Assembly (NCBI RefSeq): GCF_006345805.1
Contig: NC_043001.1
Coordinates: forward strand, 65,472,001 to 65,536,000
DNA: 64,000 bases
DNA from: Octopus sinensis
Taxonomy: Eukaryota
Direction of reading: 5' to 3'
Shown here: piece after piece, positions 12,600 to 26,615 of the stretch
Numbering within the stretch: position 1 is the stretch's first letter
Layout of the letters: each line of letters opens with the position of its first letter
Made by a program: the position numbers and the translations under genes
Notes under the pieces: generated by a model
What the model saw: only the letters and a program-made list of their open reading frames with translations
The model's database searches: none
Told to the model about the DNA's origin: nothing

Positions 12600-13945
12600 A
12601 GCAGAAAATTCAACAAAATCTGTTACTCTGAGTTTCTCGTTGCCGTTCATCAGACAGTTTTTGCTAGAATGGAACCGATATATCAATTCAATCTATACTC
12701 TTACAAACGCTACACCTTTAAAAAGAAATGGACTTGTTTGATTGGCCCTTTAGAAAAAACGGTCAATCTTCGAGCGATAAACAAAAAGGTCAAAAATATA
12801 TGTATATATATATAAAAAAACTTATAAAAATTATAAAATCCGAGGAAAAAACCTTACATTGAATAAAATACATATTGACGTTAATGAAGAAAGTGCAAAT
12901 TAATGCATAGAAATTAAACCTGTTATAAATATTACACTGCAATACATATTTATATTAAAATCTACATATATATATCAACATACACAAAATTATGCGCGCA
13001 AACGCCATACATATACAGACGTATGAATATAAATCTAAATATTCACATAAAAGCATGTGTACATATATTCACGCAAACCATCTCGCACGCAAGTTAAAAA
13101 TGATCTATGTAGCGATTCTCATATACTGAGTAACGGGGGGGGGAACGAAAGAAAGGGAGAGAGAGAAAAAGGAACGAAGGAGGTGTGGGGAAAAAAACGA
13201 AATAAGAAAAAATTATGTATACAAGCAGTGTAACGGCATTATTGGCATATATGGAGACAAGTATACATACACAAGTTTGAATGGATACATATACATACAG
13301 TCGTGTATATGTGTGCTTAAGCACAAACATACTTTCACTTACACATACACAGATACGCATGCTTACAAATACATATGCTTTGCTATACACATACTTATAT
13401 CAACATTCTAATTTTGACAACATTGCTTTTTTTTAAAAAAAACATTGCTTTTTTTTAAAAAAAATTGGTGCATTAATAAAAATATATACGAAAGACATAT
13501 AAAATAAAATATAACATCCTATTTTGGGTCATTTATAAATAATCAAGGTAATATAAATAATCAAGGTAATCCTATACAATACAATAACATGAAAACAAAG
13601 TTGGAGGTTTTTCCTAATATATATGTAGAAACATAAGACTTTGCTATACGGATTAAGATCCGCATAGCTTGGAAACAAAATCCATCGTAGCGCTCATCGT
13701 TCAAGAGTCAAAATCAAAATCAAAAATACAAAATATATACTCTATCCATATGGTATATTTATATTCGACATTTTAAATTTAGCCGCGTGCCTACATAAGT
13801 TCATTAGCTCACTTTTTTGATTCGAAGAATTATTGTCTTTGAATAAGATGTACATTTTTTCTAATAGACAAAGCTTGCACTTGAAATTATTTTTGTATGC
13901 TCCATGGCTGTATGGTGCCGCCCTGTTCAGAATGCTCCATGTCAC
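12600..13945 (-). mobile_element. Penelope-like element 3' part: endonuclease C-terminus plus pLTR-like AT-rich tail
   Basis: 13945-13742 reads WSILNRAAPYSHG...CKLCLLEKMYIL...NQKSELMNLCRHAAKF (conserved PLE C-terminal motif); downstream hairpin at 13640-13670 and HHR at 12620. Confidence 0.7.
12620..12657 (-). ncRNA. Near-canonical minimal type I hammerhead ribozyme
   Basis: CTGT-CTGATGA-[ACG GCAA CGA]-GAA-[ACTC A GAGT]-A-ACAG: 4-bp stem I, exact core, GUA triplet, stem III with a 1-nt loop (dimer-type); closing pair of stem II is A.A. Confidence 0.7.
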
Positions 13946-14064
13946 GTTGAAAGGTGGGGCTTCCTTTTTTTTTAGTTCCCAGACATATTTTGCTAGGCTG
14001 GTTTTCTTCCTATATATATATATATATATGATAGATGGTTAGCCACAACACACATTTTTTCTCT

Positions 14065-15230
<1,166 letters not shown>

Positions 15231-15231
15231 T

Positions 15232-15269
<38 letters not shown>

Positions 15270-15401
15270 AAAGATGTAAATACACATTCGTTAGATGCAC
15301 ACTCAGAAAACCTCAATAATCATAGCTAAATCGAATGATAAAAACTACATTAAGTACATATTAATTGAACGATTATTAACGACTATTACATACAATATTT
15401 A

Positions 15402-16644
15402 TTGGGTTGGCAACTAAGTTCCCGTCGTTTTTTTTAAATTTTGGAATTTATTGCGTTTTAAAATTTTGGAATCTATTTTTTTCGAGAATTCTATTTTTGA
15501 ATCATTTTGAAATCTATTTTTTTTCTAGCTAATTTCAGTTAATTTTTGTTTATTTTCAAATCATTAAAATGGAATGTCAAGTTAAGAAAAACGAGCATTT
15601 TCGACACCTCCTTCTTTTTGCTTTTAATCAAGGTTTTAAGGCCGCAAAAGCTGCTCGTAACATTTGTGCTGTGTATGGAAAGTGTGCCATAGCTGAAAAA
15701 ACCGCTCGTGATTCGTATGCCAAATTCAAAAATAGAAATTTTAACCTCAAAGATATCCGTCGTTCTGGCTGTCCAGTTGAGTTCGATGAAGAGTGATTAA
15801 ACCAATTTTTGCACGAAAATTCTCGTCAAACGACAAGGAAACTGGCAGAGAAAATGGAATGCTCCCACACTGCTATAGAGAAGCATCTTTACTCGATGGG
15901 AGAGGTACAGAAGTATGGAGCATGGGTTCCGCATGCTTTAAGTGACTCCGCTGGTTTGCTTGCTCGTCACCGCTCAACTCATGTACACAAGCAACGATTT
16001 CTTTACTGAATCGTTACTGGCGACGAAAAATGGTGTCTGTACATCAATATGAAGCAGCGTAAGGAATGGCTTAACCCCAGTAAACAAGCAACACCGCGCG
16101 TGAAACAAGATCTTCATCCGCGTAAAACGATGTTGTGCGTATGGTAGGACTGGGAAGGGATTATCCATTGCAAATTGCTTGAACGGAACCAAACGGTCAA
16201 GGCGGAACTCTATGTTCAACAGATGGAACGACTCAATACAGCTATTCAAGAGAAAAGACCTAATCGACAGCATGGAGTTCTTCTGCACGACAACGCCCGC
16301 CCTCATATCGCCAATATTACCAAGGAAGCCATTCAAACGCATGGCTGGGAAGTGCTACCACACCCACCATACTCTCCTGATCTGGCACCAACGGATTTCC
16401 ACCTCTTTCGATCTCTTTCAAATGCTATGCGTGGAGTTTCGTTCAATATTGATGCAGAATTGAGAGCTTGGTTGGATCAATTTTTCGAGTCGAAATCGGG
16501 TGATTTCTATCAACGAGGTATTAAAAATCTTGTTGAACGTTGGGAAGAAGTTGTAAACAACAAGGGGGAATACATTATTGATTAATTAGTTGTTATTTTT
16601 TTATAAACCTGTCAAAAAGTTAAAATTTAAAAAACGGCGGTAAC
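15402..16644 (+). mobile_element. mariner transposon (D,D34D), transposase pseudogene 15569-16585, resembles the mellifera subfamily
   Basis: TA|TTGGGTTGGCAACTAAG left TIR, right TIR partly lost; EHFRHLLLF, WVPHAL, TGDEKW, HDNARPH and YSPDLAPTD with 34 residues between the 2nd and 3rd D; at least three in-frame stops and a small deletion. Confidence 0.92.
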
Positions 16645-17399
16645 TCAGAGATTTTGAATAAACCAGCAGGTTGTATCGCAATTATCTGTAAAGAGTATTA
16701 CATCGAAGTTAATTATAAGTAAATCGTTATATCGAACAAATAGAGATTAAAAAGATATGATATGCAAATAACCTTTTGCTAAATCATTTTAGCAATACCA
16801 GAATTGAATGGTGACTGAGGAAACAACTATTAGAATGGGAATGCTAATAATACTATCTGACCCAACGTAATATCTTTCTATGTAGCAATTATGCTATTTA
16901 TCAGGTATACTGGATTTGGTCTTCACGAACGCCTCTATCGGAGTACAAGATATTTCCAATATATGAGACTATATTATTACTGAACCAATATAAACTATTT
17001 GCCATTCTGAATATATTTAATTCACAGTTATTGGTTCCATAACATTAATCTTTTACAAAGTAAAACAACAGCAATTACGCTAACAGCATGTTTATTGCTA
17101 TGGATTTCCTATTTTCTGAACACTGACCATATGGTTTTGTTTTCAATGGGCTTGTACATAGTGTTCGAAAGTGTCAGTTGATATCCTTCCGCCGTGGCAA
17201 GAAATAGACACATGGATGGTTTTGTTTGACTAAGCCGTTAGGTAAAACTTGAAGTCGCCGTCAAGGAAAACTTTATATAAATTCATCTCTCCTTTCAGCA
17301 TTGAGTCTCTGCATCAGTAAATGTTCTGTTGTTATTTTAAAACTGGCTTTAAAACAATGACCGTAATTTAAAATATACACATACACATACATATACAAA

Positions 17400-17440
17400 T
17401 ATTCTTTCTTTTTCTTTTCTTTCTTTCTTTCTTTTTCTTT

Positions 17441-17530
<90 letters not shown>
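17400..17530. repeat. (TTTC)n microsatellite
   Basis: Direct reading. Confidence 0.95.
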
Positions 17531-17930
17531 TCCCTCGCTCTCTATCCCTCTCTCCCCGTATACACACATACACATTCACATACACATTTACATATATTTC
17601 AACGATGTTAAATAAATGGGAAAAACGACTCAAATATACCACAAACAAATATTTACAAATTACGTTGCTGGACAAGTCGATGCTTTGGTAACTATTCATC
17701 TCATCAGATGCTATTGAATTAAAGACAGTCATTAGATTAGCCATACTATAGGCTTTACCAAGGAAATGTAAAGGGTGAAGTATAAATTCATGCCCGGAGC
17801 TATGAAGTGGGTAAGCATACATGAAGGCACACATTGTACACTTCAATCAGCTGTGAGGTATAGCACTGTCAGTAAAGAAACATCTCGATTAGATGGACTA
17901 TATTGTACTGCTTACGTTTTTTCATTTACT

Positions 17931-17967
<37 letters not shown>

Positions 17968-17983
17968 TCTCTCCCTCTCTCTC

Positions 17984-18015
<32 letters not shown>

Positions 18016-19397
18016 CACACACACAGCTTCTTTAAGGTTTGTTTCATTCTCAAGCTACTACTGATCAACCTGAGCTCGTAGTGGAAATAATTTGCCAAAG
18101 GTGTCATGCAGTGCGATCAAACACAGCCAGATGGTTGCAAAGTGAACTTTTTATTCGCAGAGCCATGTTTACGTCTGTGTTGGAAGCAATCATCTACCAC
18201 AACATTTTTCAGTAAATTATCTACAGACAACACTACAGCTCCTTTGGAAAAATAACGACAACGCAAAGAAAAACATAGAAATCCATCCTTGTCTGTGGCA
18301 AAAGTTGAAGTAAGACGGTTCAAAGAGAAAAGAAAGTTACTGGTCGACCGAGTGCAGAAGCTGGACCTCAAAGTTATTTTCCTTTACATACACGAAACTC
18401 TAAACATTAATGAGAAATTCGAACTGTGTTCTTGAAAAATACCGCATCATATCAACTAATCATAATAAAGATAACGAAAGTACATCTTGAAATAAAGATA
18501 AAAAAACGCCTCCAGCACTCTTTGAAAGCATCTAAGTACCGAATATCACAGAGTAACAAGTACTGTTAGATCTTTGCCTCATTTGTTTTTCAAATATTAG
18601 ATAGTAAATGGAAACGCTTTGGAGAAAACTTGCAGAGATTGTAGCAGCCTGAAATTCAAAAGTTCAGGTTTATTTATTTTTCGAAAGTATTAAAAGTTTT
18701 AATGATTTTTTTTTGTTTTTGTTTTTACTAAAGCATTTAAATGATAATACGGTGGTCTGTAATATTACAAAATAAGCTAATTCTAAAAACTAAGGTCTTA
18801 CTGTTCGAGGACTAAACAGGAATAAAATCCACAAAACATACATCAAAGACTACATCAGACGACATAAAAGACTTACTAAAGGAGGTGGTGGCAGCTGTGA
18901 TAGATTAAATGAATTAACTAAAAAAACGAAAGCTGCAGAACGATTAGGATGTAAGGAAAGCGGGGCATTAATGGCTAAAGCAAATTAAACAAGAAGCGAG
19001 ACTGCTAAAGTAACACTAGCCATGATATAGTGGGCTGCTAAAATAAATAACTCCTATAAAACATCAATTATTGTTGCATGGAAATAATACAGTAAAAAAC
19101 ATCTAGAGCAGTATTGACAACATCTCTATTGATTTGTCACAAGAGAAAACATTTCAATAAACCAACTTTATGTATTTTAACTGGGAGTTATTAACGACAA
19201 CGTACAATTGCTTTATGATCTTCATATCTTTCTTTGGTAAACCTCGCAACAATGCTAAGATTAAACTACTATTTCTGCGGCAGGTACTGCATGTATTACT
19301 TGACAGATTATGTTCAGTTAGTGCGCATAGCTTCATGGCTTATACACTAAGTTCTCAACAAGAAAAATTGACTCGCTGGGTAGTCATTCACTTATTG

Positions 19398-19437
<40 letters not shown>

Positions 19438-19637
19438 AGTAGCTTTCTCACACACTGCTCTATGCAGCTGCTGACACACTGTGCTATTGATTGGAGAAGG
19501 TGTTTGGGTACATCTCAATAAACAAATCATGAAATAGTCCGCCAGGAGACATCCCACAATTTAAGTATCTACGCACATCGGAAGAAATGTTTTTGCATTC
19601 TTTCATTTTGCATTCATTCTTTATTTCAGCAAATGGC

Positions 19638-19703
<66 letters not shown>

Positions 19704-19800
19704 GTGTGGTGTGTGTGTGTGTGTGTGCACGCGCGCGTATGTGTACATACACAGATATAAATATATATATATGTGTGTGTGTGTGTGCACGCGTGCGTGT

Positions 19801-19832
<32 letters not shown>

Positions 19833-19845
19833 ACATATATATATA

Positions 19846-20275
19846 GACATAGGGCATGGCTGTATGGTAAGAAGTTTCTCAACCACATAGTCCTGGGTTC
19901 TGTCTCACTGCATGGTCCCTTGGGCAAGTATCTTTGGCCAGCCCGAGGCTGACCAAAGACCTTATGAGTAGATTTGGTAGACGGAAATTGAAAGAAGCCC
20001 GTCGTATGTGTGTGTGCGTGTGCGTGTGTATGTATGTGCGTGTGAATGTGTGTTTGTGTATCTTTGTATCTGTGTTTATCCCCATCACCGCTTGATAACC
20101 GGTTTTGGTATGTTTACGTCCCAGTAACTTAGCGGTTCTACAAAATTCACCGATAGAATAAGTACTAGGCTTAAAAATAAATCCTGGGATCGATTTACTC
20201 GACTTTACCCTTCAAGATAACACTCCAGCATGGCTGCTCTCAACTAACTGAAATAAGTAAAAGAATAAAAGAATA
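19846..20275 (+). mobile_element. SINE family A, diverged full-length copy
   Basis: Same head, internal microsatellite and tail as 10072-10478. Confidence 0.8.
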
Positions 20276-20299
20276 TATATATATATATATATATAATAT

Positions 20300-20349
<50 letters not shown>

Positions 20350-20484
20350 TATGTATATATACTCATATATGTGTGTGTAGTGCACTGTTCCGTTATTGGA
20401 TCAGCAAAAACGTACTCCATCCAGCGAGCGGTAAATATCATTTAATAGAATAGGATTTAAATGTGAGCTAATATAAGTTTTATT

Positions 20485-20720
20485 TAAGGCGGCGAACTGG
20501 CAGATTCGTTAGCACGTCGGGGAAAAAGACGCAGCCGTATTTCGTCTGCTGTTACGTTCTGAGTTCAAATTCTGCCGAGGTCGACTTTACTTTTCATCCT
20601 TTCGGGGTCGATAAATTAAGTACCAGTGAAAACACTGAGGTCGATATAATCGACTTAATCTGTTTGTCTGTTCTTGTTTGTCCTTTCTGTGTTTAGCCCC
20701 TTGAGGGTAGTAAAGAAATA
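20485..20720 (+). mobile_element. SINE family B, head plus first body of a composite
   Basis: TAAGGCGGCGAACTGGCAGATTCGTTAGC...GAGTTCAAATTC...TAGCCCCTTGAGGGTAGTAAAGAAATA; 15-bp TSD AATATAAGTTTTATT at 20470-20484 and 22514-22528. Confidence 0.85.
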
Positions 20721-20732
20721 GGTATTTCGTCT

Positions 20733-22340
20733 CTGTGAGTTGTTCGAGCTAGTTTGTTTGGCTATATTGTGTATTACTGATTGATTTTGTTGTTCTTTGT
20801 GCCGCGTTTGCAGCCGTTTTTGAGTATTTGTGCCGTCTCTCAGTAGTATTGAGAGAGGGCAGATGGAAGTCGTGTATATTCGAACCTAATCGAAACTGAG
20901 TTGTCCTCTTCGGAGAAAGAACTGGTTAAGGTAGTAAAGATGTTGGACGCATGTCTGGAAAAGAAAAGTTTTGCAGAGGCAACCGAGATGAGAAGGAAGA
21001 AAATAAACCTGGCAAATATGGAAAGAGACAGTAGAATGGCTGTAAAGGTGGGGAACGACGTGAGGTTGTCCCCACCGCAGACTAGGATGGATGAAATCCA
21101 AAAGAAGATGGTAACGTACAAAGTTTACTCAATTGAGAAAAAGAGGGTCGACCACATGAAAGAGATAGACAGGATATTACCTATCTGGCCAGAGGTAGCA
21201 AATTCGGGACGATTATTGTTCATTATAAAACAGAGGAAAGAGCGATAGCCCACGCTGCAAAAGTGTTAAAAACGGAAAAGGTAGTCCTCTAGCCGTCTTA
21301 AATGAGCAAGAGGATTGCCAAAATCAAAGTGGAAGGGATTTCCCCTGAAATCGATGCGGCTTGGGTGGTGGCGGCTCTCTTTATTGAAAGAGAAAAAGAG
21401 GTGAAGGTAATTCAAGCGGAAGTGATGGAAGGAGCAACATGGAAGGGACAAATCATCGAAATTACCCTCCAAGCTGAGGTGGAGGTCTCCGAAGTGCTTC
21501 CCGAGAACCTGTGGATTGGGGATTTGATCCTGAAGGTGTGGGTGGAGGGCAGGATTCCTCGCTGCTTTAAATGTGGCCAGAAAGGCCACATAGGAGTGAA
21601 CTGCCCTCCATCACCCAAAATGGTAGAAGAGCGACAGCCATCACCAAACTCCAGTATTAGAAGATAGGGGATGGGAAATAGCCGGGAAAAAAAGAAAAAA
21701 AAAGAAAGTACTTGTGAACCCCAACCCACCCAGTGCCCTCCCTCTCCCTTTTCACCACACCCTCCCATGCAAACACTAAACCTACCCATTCCCCTCCAAC
21801 AACAAAACAGAAAAGAAATGCAAACACACTTGACGTAGATATGGCTCCCTCTCCCCCTGTTTGTTTCACTTGCGTTTTGTATGCGGACGCGGAGGATGAT
21901 GTAAACCTGGTGAGTGAGTGGAAGGATGTGGTCGAAGTGGAATTCTTCGATGTAGATGGTGATCCTATTATATGCCAATTGTTAAATAAGGCACAAATGG
22001 AGATAGTAAAAAAGTATGATAAGGGTATTGAATTGTGGAAGGTGATTGAGGAAAGAGAGCAATTGCCAAAATAGACCTGTTATACCGAACCAAAAAATGA
22101 CTACGGTATTGAACTGCTGAATTTTAGATAAGTATGATTGAACGGTAAAACAGTTTCAATGTAACCACTCGGCTTCGGGGATGAAGTGGGCATTCCGCCT
22201 CATTATATCATCTTTTTCATGATTCATTCGTTTCTTTTAATTTTGCTTCTTTCTTTATGTTTCCTATTTTTATAAATTTAGTTCCCCGATATTGTGTACG
22301 TACCTTCTATGTTGGCCCGTGGTGGGTAATAAAGAAATCA
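20733..22340 (+). mobile_element. ORF1/gag-only non-autonomous retroelement (L1/Tx1-type ORF1 with CCHC knuckle), 11-bp TSD
   Basis: Frameshifted ORF 20901-22074 with KVWVEGRIPRCFKCGQKGHIGVNCP (CX2CX4HX4C); no ORF2; 3' end GGCCCGTGGTGGGTAATAAAGAAAT; flanked by GTATTTCGTCT at 20722-20732 and 22341-22351. Confidence 0.75.
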
Positions 22341-22513
22341 GTATTTCGTCTGCCGCTACGTTCTGAGTTCAAATTCCACCGAGGTCGACTTTGCCTTTCA
22401 TCCTTTCGGGGTCGATTAAATAAGTACCAGTTACGCACTGGGGTCGATGTAATCGACTTTATCCCTTTGCTTGTCCTCACTATGTTTAGCCCCTTGTGGG
22501 TAATAAAGAAACA
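22341..22513 (+). mobile_element. SINE family B body, 3' remainder of the interrupted copy
   Basis: GTATTTCGTCTGCCGCTACGTTCTGAGTTCAAATTCC...TAGCCCCTTGTGGGTAATAAAGAAA. Confidence 0.85.
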
Positions 22514-23059
22514 AATATAAGTTTTATTCTTCGATAGTAAAGTAGTCGGACGAGCTGGTATAGTGCACTGCAATCTTTAAGGTTCGATCTTGGAGCACCT
22601 TTGATTAAAGATCAGTTCAGTCAGAAATAAGAGATCAGGTCAGTCAGGGCCAAATAGGTACAAAATACCAAATAATTGACATTTTTAGTAGATTTATGTG
22701 CTGTACCCTTGGCTTTCAGAGATCCCAGAAGCGCAACAAAATCGATATGTAGGTTGATGTTTCTTTTGAAGAAGTCCTGGATAAACGGTCAGAGGTGGGG
22801 AATAACTAAAGAAAGGGTTTAGTGCGGGGAACACATTATGGGTATCGAGGGTAGGAAGTTTGAATGAATCTGGTGTGTTTGTGTGAAAGGCTGGTCCGAG
22901 TAGCAGAGGCCACAGCAGTTACTATAATATTTCCATGATTAGCTTTATATGAAAACATACGAGATACATAACACATCAGCATTAAAAATGAAGTTGAAAC
23001 GGATGGTTTGCGGGGAAGACAGTTTTTCTATTGTCAACATATTTGCAATACATTGTGAA

Positions 23060-23500
23060 CAAACATTAAGGCGACGAGCTGGAGATCGTTACCGTGCTGG
23101 AAAAATTGCTTATCGGCATTTCTTCGGGTTTTACGCTTTGAGTTCAAATGCCGCCGGGATCAACTTTGCCTTTTATCCTTTCGAGGTCGTTAAAATAAAT
23201 ACCTATTTGTTTACTACCCACAAGGGGCTAAACACAGAGGGGACAAACAAGGACAGACATAGGTATTAAATCGATTACATCGACCCCAGTGCGTAACTGG
23301 TATTTAATTTATCGACCCCGAAAGGATGAAAGGCAAAGTCGACCTCGGCGGAATTTGAACTCAGAACGTAGCGGCAGACGAAATACCGCTAAACATTTCG
23401 CCCGCTAAACATTTCGCCCGGTGTGCTAACTGAGGTCGATGTAATCAACTTACCATCTTGCCCGAAATTGCTGACTTGGAGCCAAAATTTGAAACTAATA
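23060..23500. mobile_element. Nested SINE B copies in opposite orientations (+ at 23060-23200 and 23430-23500; - at 23200-23430)
   Basis: Direct similarity to the family B head, body and both tail types. Confidence 0.7.
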
Positions 23501-24573
23501 TGGTGTACAGACGTTGCAATGTAAAGATTTGCTGGAATTTCATAAACGTTAGCGGCGGTGAGCTTTCCGAAGAATACTAAACAGTATTATATTTTATTAC
23601 ACCAAGGATAATTAATCAGTAACAGTAGGAAATACGAGCCTCTTGCATTTCAATAAGAATAGGAAAAGTTTAAAATCCGGCTTTTGCATGTTTTGTCTTT
23701 TATGTCTCCCAGATGGGTATAAGAGTGGGGTCGATGTAATCCGTAAAATCTAAATACGAATTGTTTTTAAAAGAGCATTTATGGTAGAACCTATTGAAGA
23801 AAATTAGACTTGATGCTAGCTAAAATCAGAGTTGAAATCGATGCGAGGTCAATGTCAGGGTGAATATGCAGGAGTAGGGAGACATGATGTCAACTTTAAT
23901 GGTCGTTGACGTAAAGGTCAAGTTGGGAATTATGACGGGGTCAGAATATCGAGTGCTCGCAATTATTAGAAAGAAAAGGGAACAAAAGATGTTGTTACCT
24001 CTTATTTCTGTTTTTTTTTTCATATCGTTCATACTTTCGTTCACGCTACCCCAGATGAACAGTGAGAGAGCATACCCATGACTAAAAGCGTTCCAACTAT
24101 GTCTATCCTGTCTTTTGGATTACGTTTTCCAATATCATCTTTTCTAAAACGGCACGTTGTGGTTTGAACGAGTTTAAGTTATTATTACCAGTGAATCGAG
24201 GAACCACATAAATACTACAAACGTTATTATTATTGATACCTGGTGTAACAATATGGTGGAGTGGGGTCCAGAGTGGTGGTGAAGTGGCGGGTAAACTGCA
24301 GGTGGTGCTGTGACAGAATCAGCCGGTCTTTATAGAAAGCTATTTTTTCTTTTCTTTTTTCTTTTTTTTTTTGCAAATACTAGAGGTAAGTTGGCCGAAG
24401 GAATGAGGTAGTTAACTATCTAATCATGTTTCAAATCTGCAGATGGTGTTTCCTCGTATTTCTGAGCAGAATATTTTATAGAACATTACCTTAGTTCACC
24501 CATAAGAATAGGAATAATACTATAAGCATCCGATCCTAATGGGAGGTGGGGTTACCTATCACGCTGACACTTC

Positions 24574-25153
24574 CAGACACGACAGAGTTGGGACCTACAT
24601 ACACTGGAAGATATGCCAACATTATGGAATAACAACAGAAAAAAGATGGCATACGTACACACCAGAAAAGATCACAGAAAACGAGAAAGCAACCATACTC
24701 TGGGATATGCCAATACACACAGATAGAGAAATGAAGGCCAATAGGCCAGATATAGTTGTCAGAGATCATGAGGAAAAAATGCTTTCTAATTGATATATAA
24801 ATACCAGCAAATGACAACGTTTCTCTAAAAGAAATGGAGAAACCTTCAAAATACAAAGACCTAGAAATAGAGGTAACTCGAATGCGGAATCTAAAAACAG
24901 AAACAATTCCTATCATAGTAGGTGCATTAGGCATGATAAAAAAACATTTAGACAAATACATAACAAAAACACCAGGACTTACAAACACAAATAACATACA
25001 GAAAATTGCACTACTGGGCACTGCACACGTCCTACGCAAAACATTTTCACTACAGTAACCATCAGAGCATCACAACAAATCACAGTACATACCCAAGGCA
25101 CACAGAGCTGCGCTCGGTAGTGAAGTGAAAGCACGCTATAAAAAAAACTACTG
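24574..25153 (+). mobile_element. 5'-truncated R4/Dong-type RLE retrotransposon (family 2, copy 1) ending in (TAA)n
   Basis: RHDRVGTYIHWKIC...ILWDMPIHTDRE.KANRPDIVVRD...KYKDLEIEVTRM.NLKTETIPIIVGALG (PD..D restriction-like endonuclease); 3' UTR followed by TAA repeats. Confidence 0.85.
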
Positions 25154-25160
25154 AATGATG

Positions 25161-25208
<48 letters not shown>

Positions 25209-25237
25209 TAATAATAATAATAATAAATAATAATAAC

Positions 25238-25269
<32 letters not shown>

Positions 25270-25276
25270 TAACAAC

Positions 25277-25559
25277 GTATAGAAGGTGGTAGAGGCCTTA
25301 TAAAGCTGGAAAACTATTATAAAATAACCACCATAGGACTTCAAAAATACCTACTTCAGAAGCAAGGACAACTGATACAAATAGCGGCAAAACACGAGCA
25401 AAACAAAAAATTGTTCTCAGTAAAAATTGTTCTCAAAACAAAAAAATTGTTCTCAGTATTTAAGGAAGCTGACAAATACAAAAAACAAATCATACCGCCT
25501 AGCAAATATGAAGAAGAAGAAGAAGAAGAAGAAGAAGAAGAAGAAGAAGAAGAAGAAGA

Positions 25560-25594
<35 letters not shown>

Positions 25595-26578
25595 AGAAGA
25601 AGAAGAAGAAGAAGAAGAAGAAGAAGAAGAAACAACAAAAGCTATAAAACAAATGAAATCCAAACTAAAAATAGAACAGCAACGGACCATGATAAAACGA
25701 TGGCAAGAAAAGCCCCTTCATAGCAAATACTGGCCTAAAATAAACCTAAAAGAAATAGACAGAAAAAAAATCCCAGCGATGGTTGAGAAGCTTAGGACTC
25801 AAAGCAGAGACTGAAGGATTTTTAATTGCAGCACAAGACCAAAGCCTCTCCAGCAGAAATTACCAAAAACATATAATGAAAAGAAATATAACAAATAACT
25901 GCAGAATATGTGGAGATGGACAAGAAACAATAAATCATATTATCGCTGGCTAAGAAGGAATAATTATTCCTGGCTAAGAAGGAATATATTCACAGACACG
26001 ACAGAGTTGGGACCTACATACACTGGAAGATATGCCAACATTATGGAATAACAACAGAAAAAAGATGGCATACGTACACACCAGAAAAGATCACAGAAAA
26101 CGAGAAAGCAACCATACTCTGGGATATGCCAATACACACAGATAGAGAAATTAAGGCCAACAGACCAGATATAGTTGTCAGAGATCATGAGGAAAAAAAA
26201 CGCTTTATAATTGATGCATCAATACCAGCAGATGACAACGTTTCTCTAAAATAAATGGAGAAACTTTCAAAATACAAAGACCTGGAAATGGAAGTAACTA
26301 GAATGTGGAATCTAAAAACGGAAACAATTCCTATCATAGTAGGTGCATTAGGCATGATAAAAAAAAATATTCAGACAAATACATAACAAAAACACCAGGA
26401 CTTATAAACACATATAACATACAGAAAATTGCACTACTAGGCACTGCATACATCCTACGCAGAACACTTTCAATACAGTAACCATCAGAGCTTCACAACA
26501 AATCACAGCACATATCCAAGGCACACAGAGCTGCGCTCGGTAGGGAAGTGAAAGCACGCTATAAAAATAAAACTACTG
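25277..26578 (+). mobile_element. R4/Dong-type family 2, copy 2, with an internal (GAA)n expansion
   Basis: W...GLKAETEGFLIAAQDQSL, CCHC-type C-terminal region (CRICG...ETINHI) and RLE domain; same 3' end as copy 1, followed by (TAA)n and (GAA)n. Confidence 0.85.

Positions 26579-26615
<37 letters not shown>

Noticed and set aside
17349-17846. 165-aa minus-strand ORF as an upstream exon of the discoidin gene
   Set aside because: Half is (AAAG)n-derived; no domain similarity and no convincing splice sites.
18100-18400. Very old RTE-like peptide traces
   Set aside because: Similarity is too weak to support a feature call.
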